DNA of 64,000 nucleotides from Octopus sinensis (GCF_006345805.1 NC_043001.1:128340001-128404000), one strand, 5' to 3'; positions 49,680-61,797 are shown, counted from the stretch's first letter. Notes: generated by a model not told the origin, from the sequence alone. Translations and numbers: made by a program.

Positions 49680-50500
49680 TCATCATCATCATTTAATGTC
49701 TGTTGTCCATGCTGGCATGGATTGGAAGGTTTGACCGAGACTGGCAAACTGGAAGGCTGCACAAGACTCCGGTCTGATTTGGCATTGTTTCTATGACTTG
49801 ATGCCCTTCTTAATGCCAATCTCTCTGAGAATGTACTAGGTGCTTTTATGTGCAACCGGCACGGGTGTCATTTGCATGACAACCAGTATCTGCCATGACT
49901 GTGATTTTGCTTGGCTTGATGGGTCTTCTTCTCAAGCATGACATAATGCCAAAGGTTTCAGTCAGTGCCTCTGTGAGGCCCAACACTTGATAGGAGCTCC
50001 ACCACTTTGCCTCCGTAAGGCCCAACACTCGAAAGGTGCTTTTTACATGCCACCAGCATCAGCCACAACTACTGGTTTGATGAGTCCTCTCAAGCACAGC
50101 ATATTGCCAAAGGTCTTGGTCACTAGTCATTGCCTCTGTGGGGCCCAAAGTTTGAAGATCGTTCTTCACCACCTCGTCTCATGTCTTCCTGGGACTACTG
50201 TTACCACAGGTTCCCTCCACAGTTAGAGATTGGCACTTCTTTACACAGCTGTCCTTGTCCATACCAGTGCAGTTGTCTCTTTTGCACACCACATCTGATG
50301 CCTCTTATGCCTAACATGTCTCAAGACGTTTACACTCTGTCAAACATGCTCACTGATATTGCACATCCAGCGAAGCATAGTGGCTTCATATCTTTCATGC
50401 TTATGCATGTCCTTGGCTGCCACAGCCCATGTTTCACTGCCATGTAGCATAGCTGTTCACACACAGGCATCATACAATCTGCCTTTCACTGAGGGAGTGG
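49680..50500 (-). mobile_element. RTE-clade LINE 3' end (ORF2 C-terminus, 3' UTR, (GAT)n tail)
   Basis: Minus translation GIRCGVQKRQLHWYG..DSCVKKCQSLTVEGTCG..PRKT*DEVVKNDL..DLWQYAVLE. The UTR is family B. Confidence 0.85.
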
Positions 50501-50519
50501 CCCTTTGTTACCAACAATT

Positions 50520-50670
50520 AGTTTCTTTCAGTTTCCATCTACCAAATCCACTCACAAGATTTTGGTTGGCCTGAAACTATAGTAGAAAACACTTGCTCAG
50601 GGTGCCATGCAGTGGGACCGAACCCAGAACTATATGGTTGGGAAACAAGCTTCTTTCAACAAAACCATGC
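50520..50670 (-). mobile_element. Family A SINE 5' half
   Basis: ttctttcagtttccatctaccaaatccactcac..gggaccgaaccc. Confidence 0.75.
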
Positions 50671-51201
50671 TGAGATTTTTTTGTCATATTTCCTTGTCAA
50701 TGGCATACAACATGTAAAGTTAAAAGTGTACTGATAATTGGACATCACACAAAGAGAAATCAAAAAGTACACATGTTTTCTGGCAGATGTTCTGTTGAGG
50801 CTATGCCAAAGTAGATGTTAAGTGCTACCAAGAGAAAATGAAATGGAAACAAAATGACACATGAAACCAGAACATTCTTAGGAAAAAGCCAGGAAACTTG
50901 CATGTGTAATCATAATGCCTTAAACAAAAAGCCAAAAAATAAATTAAGGCACTGAACAGACTGTAGGTGCTTTCCTGGAGAATAAGAAGAATCTTTTTCA
51001 GTGAATTTGATACAATGTTTTAACTAGAGAATATAGAAGTAAATGATTACCAAAATCATTTTTATGGAAGAAAAATATTCTATGGCCACAACTGAGATGC
51101 ATTTCACAATACTGTGTTCGATTTTGTGTGTGCGGGTATGTGTGCATATGTATGTGCATGCATGTGTGTGTGTGTGTGTGTGCGTGCACGTTTATGTATA
51201 T

Positions 51202-52440
51202 GTACTGAGTTGGCCCAAAAGACTGTTTGGTTTTTGTCAGCACTAAACCACAAGCACACTAATAAGTAGCTAACTGTCTCTCGTGCATGCTCACTCATAA
51301 GATACTAGAAACTCCAATGTAGTTCAACATGAGCTCGCAACAATAGAGGTTGTATTTTGTGTGCTTGGGATAACTTTCAAAAGGGGAAACCAAAACGAAC
51401 AGGTTTTTTGATTTTTAAAAAAAGCAAGAAAGCAGTAAAAATCTGAAGGAAGATATGTTGTGTAATTTCAAAGATGCTGTTTTAGAACATATATGTCAAG
51501 TGATTTTCAAGATTTTGATTGGGAAATGTTACAGTCCTTGCTGTGGCTGGCCAAATAAGACTAACAGCAACAGAATGAAAGGATTAGCCAGCAGCAACCC
51601 TCCATTATATGACCAGGGTGAGCATAGATGTTCTCTAAATATCTAAATCAAGCATTGAAAATCATCTGCATTAATTTAGTTTGATCAGCAGGTTTGATGT
51701 TTGGGTCCCACATCAATTGAATGAGGCTAACCTTGCCCAATGTTTTCCTTCTGTGATTCATTGCAGAAATGTGAAGAAAGTAACTCTTTTCGAAAGAGAA
51801 TGGTGACAAGGGATGAAAAATGGAAGATCTATAACAATGTGAAACACAAATGATTATGGGCGAAGCACACTGAACCACCACAAATAACTTCCAAAGCAGG
51901 GCTGCATCTGAAAGAGGTTATGCTTTGGTGGGATTGGAAGGGTGTTGTCTTTTATGAGCTTCCTGTGGACAGGGCCTTTTATTTAGAAGTATTGGGATCA
52001 GCTGGGTAAATTAAATACAGTAACCCACCAGAAGCATTTAACACTTGCTAATCAAAAGGGCATTGCCATTTGTCCTCTCAAGCACAGCATATTGCCAAAG
52101 GTATTGGTCACTAGTCATTGCCTCTGTGAGGCCCAAAGTTTGAAGATCATTCTTCACCACCTCATCTCATGTCTTCCTGGGACTACTGTTACCACAGGTT
52201 CCCTCCACATTTAGAGATTGGCACTTCTTTACACAGCTGTCCTCGTCCATATACATCACATGACCATACCAGTACAGTTGTCTCTTTTGTACACCACATC
52301 TGATGCCTCTTATGCAAGATCCAACCTTGCATCTTCAGATTTCCACCCGTTTTGGTCTCTTCAAAATTCATAGAATGGATAGATCTTCAACTCTGATGTG
52401 GATCTCAAAATTCATCTGCAAGAGTTTTTTTTACCAGTAT
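51202..52440 (+). mobile_element. Decayed mariner interrupted by an RTE fragment
   Basis: Remnants of CQ.WF.RF..G..P..GRP (~51495), KRMVT.DEKW (~51795), SKAGLH.K.VML..WWDWKGVVFYEL (~51890) and SDFH.F.SLQN (~52335). Confidence 0.65.
52068..52318 (-). mobile_element. RTE ORF2 C-terminal fragment
   Basis: Very similar to 50085-50310, including the shared variant tactgttaccacagg. Confidence 0.85.
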
Positions 52441-52478
52441 ATATATTATATGGATAGATAGATAGATAAATAGATAGG

Positions 52479-52555
<77 letters not shown>

Positions 52556-53455
52556 GAGATATATAGTTTCGCCATGGAAGGCTTATCAAATAATCTGACA
52601 AAGTTGAGTCATCCCCACCCCAAATCATGTACACATTCAAACGGTCTGTAAAAAACGAAAAATGTCATCGTTGATGTATGCGTTTTGATGTTATGACACA
52701 ACGGTAATTGCAGTATATTTAGAAAGAAAACCCTTCACAACTTCCGAATATACGGTCATAAAGAAGTAAATATTATTCCATAGTTATTACCTATCACATG
52801 TTAACGATAAACGGATTTGATATCGTGACCTTTTGCGATCACAGATAATTATACATAATTCTCTAAACTATACACCTAATGACTTCTGTGGAAACAGGAA
52901 AATAGGTTTGCGAGGTTCATTCGTCTCCTAAAAATATTGGCAGGTTAATTGCTCGGAAAAAAGCTGCAATCGGGAATCGAAACCGGACGCCAGAATATTA
53001 CTTCCTGCTTCATATATTGCACAAATAATCATAGATAAACTGTCGCCTACGTTTAAACTCCTAAATCAATGATGCATAAGCCGCGCACAGTCACATACAG
53101 TTCGATGTGCACACAAACCGAAATCAATATGCACCCTAACAGATCAATACGCAGACACATAGACGAATTGACATAAACGCATTCACTGATACACGTAGAC
53201 GCACGCATACATAAACCAAGAGACGTCGTTGTATGTATGTGTCTGTATAGGTTTATGCGTGTATACGTGTGTGTGTGTGTATGCGTGTGCGAGTATGCGT
53301 GTGTATGTATATGCATGTATGCGTGTGTGTGTATGCGTGTGTGTGTGTATGCATGTATGCGTGTGTGTGTGTATACGTTTGTGCGTGTATGTGCGTATAT
53401 GTATGTGTGTGTACCACCTAGCACATACTCACACACATATCTTCAACGTTCCTAG

Positions 53456-53532
53456 CGTGTAAGCTACAAACTAAGGGCAGGGAACCGATTATAGCTTCCA
53501 AGAAACGGAAAGCGGCAAAAAAGAAAAAGTGA
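53456..53532 (+). CDS. Candidate terminal coding exon (unidentified), CKLQTKGREPIIASKKRKAAKKKK*
   Basis: Acceptor tcttcaacgttcctag, phase-1 open frame, TGA at 53530-32, AATAAA at 53549. Phase-compatible with exon 41798-41840. Confidence 0.33.
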
Positions 53533-53589
53533 CAAAAAGCACAACGCAAATAAAGAATGTGAGAGATGCAAGAGAGAATTATATATATA

Positions 53590-53842
53590 TATATATATTT
53601 GCATTTCATATATATATGTAAATATATACACATATTTTAAATATAAATATATGCATTTATATTGCATACAAATATGCATTAATATACGCACACACACACA
53701 CACATTTTATATATAATATATATATTATATATATATTATATATATATATATATTGCATTTCATATATATATGTAAATATATACACATATTTTAAATATAA
53801 ATATATGCATTTATATTGCATACAAATATGCATTAATATACG

Positions 53843-53878
<36 letters not shown>

Positions 53879-54035
53879 TATATATATATTATATATATAT
53901 ATATTTGCATTTCATATATATATGTATATATATATACATATATATATATATATACACATATTTTAAATATAAATATATGCATTTATATTGCATACAAATA
54001 TGCATTTATATACACACAAACACACACATTTTATA

Positions 54036-54089
<54 letters not shown>

Positions 54090-54090
54090 G
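53590..54090. repeat. Three tandem ~155-bp AT-rich units
   Basis: ttgcatttcatatata..gcatacaaatatgcatt..cacacattttata at ~53598, ~53753 and ~53905. Confidence 0.9.
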
Positions 54091-54269
54091 GAAGTGAGAG
54101 AGAGAAAAAGATAGAGAAGGGTAGCTAAAGAAAAATACCAAAAATATTCATTGAAAGATTGAGAGAGAAGCAGAAAGAAAGTTTGTGAGAGAAAAAGATA
54201 GATAATGACTAGAAAGAGAGAGTGTAAGATAGATACACACAAAGAAAAGACAAAGAGTGTGAGAGAGAG

Positions 54270-54340
54270 AGAGTGGGGGGGGGGGCGGAGAGTTCGCGCG
54301 CACGCGCAAGAAGACTGGAGGTTTTTGTCGCCATTTTTTT
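54270..54340. promoter_or_regulatory. Promoter-like motif cluster (GC box, NRF1-type, YY1-type)
   Basis: GGGGCGGAG, CGCGCACGCGCA and GTCGCCATTTT within about 60 bp, in otherwise CpG-poor DNA. Confidence 0.5.
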
Positions 54341-55697
54341 TTATCGCTCTTTATTATTTTGTTTGGTTTATAACCAAGTTATTCTTATTCCTTTCACTTA
54401 CCCAGTCTCTCCTTTTTTTTACTCTCACTGTTATTTAAAAAAAATTTTTATTAATTTTTTTTTGGAGTGTGGGGGGAGCGCGCAAGACAATTTGTCATCT
54501 CGGTTTCAATTTTATTATATATATATTAATTAATTAATAGTATTAATTATTGTCAAAAACTTGTAGTTTTGTAGAGAGGAAAAAAAAAAAAAAAAAAAAA
54601 ACTATAAGTTTTTAATTATCAATTTCACTTGTTTTATTTTTAAAATGAAACTTTTCCCATTTTAAATTTTAATATTAATTTTTTTTTTTTTGCAAGCTAA
54701 GGGAATGCCTGGCCGTCTTTCGCCGCCTTTTGGTGGAAATTGATCTCACGCACTCATGCTCTATAAGAAAGAGAGAGAGAGAGATACATATAGAGTCTAT
54801 ATGTATCTCTCTCCCTCTCTCTTTCTTTCTTACTTTCTCACTTTATTTTCTTTTCCGCTCCCTTCGCGTTTTCTCTCTTTCTTTTTTCCTCTCCGTTTCT
54901 CTCTTTCTCCCTCCCCTTTGCTTGCTTTACTATAATCCTCCTTTCACTAATTACCCTCTATCACTCACTATGTTTCTCCCTCCTCCTCCCCCTCCTCATT
55001 ACTACCACCATCTCTTGGTGTCTGTCTTGTTTTTGCGATAGAGTCCCGACTATCGTGATAACAAAAAAACCGAGCTTTCAAAACCACGTCACTCAGCACA
55101 TTTGTTTGTATGTGGACTTCTTTAATATTTATTTATTTTTTTTAATTAATTAATCTCCATTAAAAAAAAAACAACAACAAAAAACAAACAATTACACTTC
55201 TGCAAATTCATAAATGTAAATATCATATTGATAATTCTATTTTTTTTATTTGAGTTATTCTTCGATTTCTTCCTTGTTATTTTTTAATTTCCCTATGACT
55301 ATGTGTACATATATTCTATTTAAATACAATTATATTACTTATATATATTTTTCCATATATTATTTATCTGACGAGAAGTCAACAAAACGAGACAGCTTTC
55401 TCCTCCCTCTCTCTCTCCTCCCTCCCCCTCTCTCTCCTCCCTCCCCCCTCTCTCTCTCTCACTCCCTCACTCACTCGCTCTCTCTCTCTCCATTGTATAT
55501 ATCGTTTTATTTAACTCACTTCTCTTACTCTTTCTTTTACAGTCTCACACAACCAGAATACCAGAACTCAAAACAGCTCACAACACAATATACAACTGTA
55601 CGGACACTATTCGCTCTGAAAAATCACTTAACTACACTACCTCCCCCGCAATATAAACACTGGATTTAGAAACACATAGATAAGTATATATATATAT

Positions 55698-55743
<46 letters not shown>

Positions 55744-55789
55744 TTAAGGGTAGAAATTGATATTAGTCAATTAAAACCAGTGGTCTAGC

Positions 55790-55825
<36 letters not shown>

Positions 55826-56090
55826 GTATATGTATAATTAGACCTTGCGGCAGGGATGAGAAAAGTTTGAAGAAACCAGTAAAAAGAAAAAAAAAGGCTA
55901 TTGTAGGCCAGAAAGCAGGAAGGATTACACTTATTTACATCACAAACTACTTCATGAAGTGTTTTGTATAGCAAGACTCATGTGCAGCTCTATGGATATC
56001 TCAGATCTTTAAAAGATTACACACACACATATATATATATATGTGTGTATGTATGTATATTAAGTTATAAAACTGAACGATCGTCTGTTA

Positions 56091-56271
56091 GAGATACCCG
56101 GGTAAATATTGAAGACATGTGTACTACGGATACCATCGATACAACCATCCCTGGCTGCAGCGGCGACATAAACACATCTTCTACCACCACCACCAGCAAT
56201 TATTGTTATTCATCACCACCATTCCAGTTTTCATATTCCACATTCAAACTTTGACACGATTGCTTTCAGCA
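56091..56271 (+). other. Candidate exon (5' UTR or short ORF) followed by a canonical 155-nt intron
   Basis: Acceptor ctgttag, donor CAG|GTAAAT at 56272, T-rich acceptor ttttgtgtag at 56426, next donor G|GTAATC at ~56473. Confidence 0.35.
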
Positions 56272-56809
56272 GGTAAATATATATATATATATATATATAC
56301 GTAATATTATTTATTTATATATGTTATGTGGTTATTATGTGTCTTCTGTGTGATTTGTGATTCTTTATAATTGCAATTTGCTAATGTTTTTGTTTTTTTT
56401 TTAGTTTTAATTACGTTTTGTGTAGGATGTAAGAAGAAATAAATCTTCCGGTGGGGTTGTTGCTAAAATCGGTAATCACACCAGAAGCGGAATACATTTC
56501 AAATATCTGAACCCCCGTCCCAAAATTTGTACCCTTGTGCCATGATCTATCTATATATATATGCTATGATATATATGTGCTATGGTATATATGTATATAT
56601 ATATTGTTGCCAGACGAAGTACAATCTAGCTACAAAAAAACCCTTGAGTAACCAACCAAGTGAAATAAGCTTCGTATAAACATGCCGTACACCATGTATT
56701 GAGTACTCTCTCTCATTTGTATGTGTTTGTGTACATACATGAATATACATGCTTTTGTATGTGTATATATGCGTTTGTATGTATCTATATATATATACAT
56801 ATATATATA

Positions 56810-57385
56810 TGTGTGTGTGTGTATATAAGCATATATTGTGTATATTATCTGTTACATATACATGTGTGTATATAAGCATGTGTATATTATCTGTTACATA
56901 CACATGTGTGTGTATATAAGCATATATTGTGTATATATCTGTTACATATACATGTGTGTATATAAGCATATATTGTGTGTATTATCTGTTACATATACAT
57001 GTGTGTGTATATAAGCATATATTGTGTGTATTATCTGTTACATAGACATGTGTGTGTATATAAGCATATATTGTGTATATTATCTGTTACATAGACGTGT
57101 GTGTATATAAGCATATATTGTGTATATTATCTGTTACATACACGTGTGTGTATATAAGCATATATTGTGTGTATTATCTGTTACATATACATGTGTGTGT
57201 ATATAAGCATATATTGTGTATATTATCTGTTACATAGACATGTGTGTGTATATAAGCATATATTGTGTGTGTATATAAGCATATATTGTGTATATTATCT
57301 GTTACATACACATGTGTGTGTATATAAGCATATATTGTGTGTATTATCTGTTACATATACATGTGTGTGTATGTATATATATATA
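56810..57385. repeat. ~47-bp minisatellite, roughly a dozen copies
   Basis: Unit gtgtgtatataagcatatattgtgtatattatctgttacatatacat. Confidence 0.92.
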
Positions 57386-57811
57386 CACGTGTGTACTTTG
57401 TATGTCTATTTCAACTTTAGGTTGTATATTTTGAACATTGTCTTTCACTTGGATTGATCTTTGTGCATCGCTCTAGATGTTCATTTTTGTCTTCTTCGCT
57501 AATCTATTTAAATGTTTTGAATTTATTTTGCTCTCATAGCAAATGAAGAGAGATCTGTATCATCAGTATCAATATATTTTCTTTCTTTATACGATGAATC
57601 GCTCTATTCTCACATTTATATATATATATATATATACCTATATATATATGATTACATATGTATACTTCCTTCTGTGTTATTGTAACTACTACTAGCATTT
57701 AATTCGTTTCATCAGGCATGTGTGATTTTTACGAATGAAGTCTTATGATTAAGTCGAAGAAAAATATTGTCACTCGACCATGTGTTGTTGATGGGTTTTT
57801 TTCCTACACAC

Positions 57812-57962
57812 CTCTTTAGCGGTGTTTGTTGTTGGGTAAATGAGGAATCGCTTGTTTTGTAATTGAGGGTAAAAAGGGCGGACCATTTTGAGGTGAAGGC
57901 TGGTTTGGAAAAGACAGAAATATTTCGAGTCATTTCGCTCTTTATTATTAATTCAGTAAAAT
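57812..57962 (-). CDS. Candidate host exon (unidentified), FTELIIKSEMTRNISVFSKPAFTSKWSALFTLNYKTSDSSFTQQQTPLK
   Basis: Acceptor gtgcttttcccag, 151-nt open frame (phase 1 to 2), donor AG|GTGTGT. Confidence 0.35.
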
Positions 57963-58094
57963 CTGGGAAAAGCACTGCTAGCTAACCATTGTGCTTTGAA
58001 ACGAGAACTGTTACATAGTCGCATGATGATACTTTTTCAAAGTGGCTTCAACCGAGAGGCGTTTTACCCCACGTCAGAAATATGTCATATTTGC

Positions 58095-58250
58095 TAGGTC
58101 CTTTCGTCGAGGCCCTCTTTGCCTTTCATCCATTCGGGGTTGATAAAATCAGTCAAGCACTGGGGTTGATAAAAAAAAAGGTATCAATCAAGCACTGGGT
58201 TTGATGAAATCGACAAGCCCCCACCTTCTCCAAAATTCCAGGCTGTCTGC
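58095..58250 (+). mobile_element. Family D (Deu/Nin-like) SINE fragment
   Basis: ctttgcctttcatccattcggggttgataaaatc..gcactggggttgat. Confidence 0.55.
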
Positions 58251-59827
58251 CAATAGAAAGAATATTTGTTTGGTCCTCTTAATTTCAGTTTGCCAATGGA
58301 GTTAAGTGGTTTTCGTCCTCTATTAGAGTGCATAAGTCTGAAAAATATGTATCTAACGTCACTCTTAGAAATAGCCAAATCTCCCTCAAACTGCTCTTTC
58401 TGTGTAACACAAATAAAAAAAAAAAGAGAGAAATACTTTGGATAAGTTGCTCGAAAATAATTGTGATTATTAGAACTATGGCTGCTTGATCAGGTTGGAC
58501 ATGGGACGAAACAAAATTGTTTAGTCGCATGTCCATCCTAATTGATTAAACTTAGTTCTTGTATATATCGAAAGAATGCCATTCTTTTTTGTGTGTAACC
58601 AGTAGAAAAAATATAATCTACACAAATATAAACAATGTCACACTGGTAATGTCTGTTGGTGAGTTCAGCCTTAATTCAACCATGACTAGTGCTTGCTCAT
58701 TCTTACTATCCCTAAACTGTGCGAGTTCGCATGAAGAATGGTTATAAACATCGATTCTTACTTAGTCGTGTGTAAAGCAGAATTCATTTCTAAATGCATG
58801 GCCTTCTCCAAGAGTCTCTTCAGACGCATCACACATTATACACATTTGTGTGTGGGACATGTGTTCGCGCGCGCACGTTTCTATAGTAAATCTGCTGGTA
58901 CTGTGTCATAGAATACCAAAATTTCCTCTGTAAAGACGCCTTACCAACTTAGTAAATAGATTCGTCCCTTGTTTTGTGTACGAGTTGTTGCTGATTAGCC
59001 CCAAGTCAACCATCATTGAGCAGACAAATCTACGATCAAAAGCGTTCCAGCAGAACCTAACTCGTTTTCTTCTCATTAATGTATCAATCACTACATTTTC
59101 TAATGCATTCTTACTTTTTAAAGACTGTAGGTAAAGATTTTTGGCGGCGCCAAATCGATATTACCCCACATTTCACTTTAGCTATTATCCTAAAATTGCA
59201 GGGAAGTCAAGCGACCACGTAGTGTCTTCCTTGTTTGTGTATATATATGTAAGGTTTAGTGCACGGGCAGCCCTAATCGAGCAGATCTGTGATTAAAAAG
59301 CATTCTAGCTCTGACCATCCTGTTTTTTTGTTTTTTTTTAAGTTTAGTGTGTCCAGTACTACATTATCCAAAATAGAAACGACTCTTAGTTTTCCTGAAA
59401 ATAGGATATGATACAATAAAGAAGTATATTTTAGCAGGTCGACGGACCGCGTTGATGTTATCTAGATGGGTGGTGTTGCTTGAGCCAGACCGTCTTTTAT
59501 GTAATTATAAATTTAGGACTGCATTAGCCAGTGTCCGTTCCCTTGTGAGATGAAATGTCTTGCGTATCAATCACTGTCGTATGAAATGTTTTCCTTTCAA
59601 TGTCTGTTAAACAGTCGAATACCATCCTATGGCATCTCCAGTATTCAGTTAATTTAAAACCCATTTTGGTGTCTAGTTGCTTTGGGTTTTTTTTTTTATC
59701 TGATTTCCTCAACTTTGTTGCCATTCTTCTACCTATGTCTTTTGCTCAATTAATTGGTTGTACACGTATTCAGTAGATGTTATTTGTATATACACACACG
59801 TTTGTTTATGCATATGTCTGTACTCAC

Positions 59828-59892
59828 TCACATATTCAGTGGGGTTCGGGAGTTTTAAGAGTTCAACGCTCAGATATTTATTCTCAATGATT
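59828..59892 (-). CDS. Candidate host exon (unidentified), IIENKYLSVELLKLPNPTEY(V)
   Basis: Strong acceptor cttccttactttctcttgcag, open frame, and two tandem GTGAGT donors (exon end 59832 phase 0, or 59828 phase 1). Confidence 0.45.
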
Positions 59893-60289
59893 CTGCAAGA
59901 GAAAGTAAGGAAGTTGACCATTTACAGAATGAGAACTTAAGAGATATAGAGTAAAGCATATGCTGTCACATAACAACAAATCGGAAGGTAATGTTTTATT
60001 ATGATTGTAATTGAAATGGGCGTAAAACCTAGTCAAGTAATTTCGGTTTTGATTTCTAGCTTCTATCGCGTTCATCTGCGTGCCTAGACATTGTACTTTG
60101 TTTCAAAATCCCCCTTGGTTATTATCACACATATTGACAGATTTCTTCGTGCATTCACGAGCGTAACATTTTTCACGTGGCTCTTGTATAATAATGTATG
60201 TATATATATTTTTGAAATGAGTACGTCGTTCATTGTTATAACCATACTGTTTGCAACGTATTTTGCAGTTGTGTGTAACCTTCTCTCTC

Positions 60290-60327
60290 TCTCTCTCTTT
60301 ATATATATATATATATTATATATATAT

Positions 60328-60379
<52 letters not shown>

Positions 60380-60383
60380 ATGC

Positions 60384-60425
<42 letters not shown>

Positions 60426-60501
60426 ATATATATATATGTATGTATGTATATGCATATATATATATATGTATATATATTATATATATGTATGTTGTATATG
60501 C

Positions 60502-60547
<46 letters not shown>

Positions 60548-60593
60548 ATGCATATATATATTATATATATATATATGTATGTATGTATATGTA

Positions 60594-60625
<32 letters not shown>

Positions 60626-60740
60626 ATGTATAATATATATATATATATATATGCATATGCATGTATATATTATATATATATATATATTATGTATGTATGT
60701 ATATATATATATATATATAGTATGTATGTATATCATATGC

Positions 60741-60780
<40 letters not shown>

Positions 60781-61029
60781 ATGCATATGCATGTAATATA
60801 TATATATATATATATAATATATGTATGTATATGCATATGCATGTATATATATATATATGCATATGCATGATATATATATATGCATATGCATGTATATATT
60901 ATATATATATTATATGTATGTATATGCATATGCATGTATATATATATATATGCATATGCATATATATATGTATGCATATGCATGTATATATATAATATAT
61001 ATATATATATATGTATGTATATGCATATG

Positions 61030-61066
<37 letters not shown>

Positions 61067-61261
61067 ATGCATATGCATGTTATATATTATATATATATAT
61101 ATATGCATATGCATATATATATATTGTATGTATATGCATATGCATGTATATATATATAATATATATATATATTATATGTATGTATATGCATATGCATGTA
61201 TATATATATATATAATATAATATATATATATATATATGTATGTATATGCATATGCATGTAT

Positions 61262-61294
<33 letters not shown>

Positions 61295-61315
61295 GTATGT
61301 ATATGCATATGCATG

Positions 61316-61349
<34 letters not shown>

Positions 61350-61398
61350 GTATGTATAGCATATGCATGTATATATATATTATATATATATATGTATA
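60290..61398. repeat. Complex (TA)n satellite with recurring TATGTATGTATATGCATATGCATG unit
   Basis: Direct reading, about 1.1 kb. Confidence 0.95.
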
Positions 61399-61710
61399 TA
61401 GAAATAGCAGTCAAAGAGTTTTGGCTATTCTTTCTACTTAAAAGGGGAGATCCCAGTAAAAACCACAGCACTGTGGTTTGGTTTACTTGGTTTTACAGTG
61501 CTGTGGTTTTACTGGGATCTCCCCTTTTAAGTAGAAAGAATAGCCAAAACTCTTTGACTGCTATTTCTAAATTCGGTGTGTGGTGAGGCAAATCGTTGCC
61601 TAAACCCTTAATTACTTAGTATTACTTAAACCTTCCTTGAATGGGGCTTTTACATGCCGAAATCTACTTGGTGAAATTAATGATTATTCCAAATTAATTA
61701 ATTTCACCCT
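61399..61710. repeat. Near-identical 76-bp inverted arms with a unique rightward extension
   Basis: 61399-61474 and 61495-61569 differ only by one base in an A run. The extension carries the hairpin GGCAA-ATCG-TTGCC. Confidence 0.9.
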
Positions 61711-61722
61711 ATATTATTATTG

Positions 61723-61797
<75 letters not shown>

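Noticed and set aside
51533-51616. Exon-like segment with donor G|GTGAGC
   Set aside because: It lies within the decayed mariner and corresponds to its GRP region.
56117-56271. Selenoprotein-style UGA readthrough (the ATG frame reaches the donor if TGA at 56252 is read through)
   Set aside because: The peptide is low-complexity with no selenoprotein motif, and I see no SECIS.
56810-57385. CRISPR-like regular repeat
   Set aside because: The units are contiguous with no unique spacers, there are no cas genes, and the context is eukaryotic.
59517-59655. DCISQCPFPCEMK.. resembling a DEG/ENaC cysteine-rich motif
   Set aside because: The spacing does not fit, the frame ends in a stop, and there are no supporting exons.
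57812-59892. CUB-domain assignment for the minus-strand candidate peptide
   Set aside because: Only a vague pattern resemblance; the conserved Cys and DYL-type motifs are missing.
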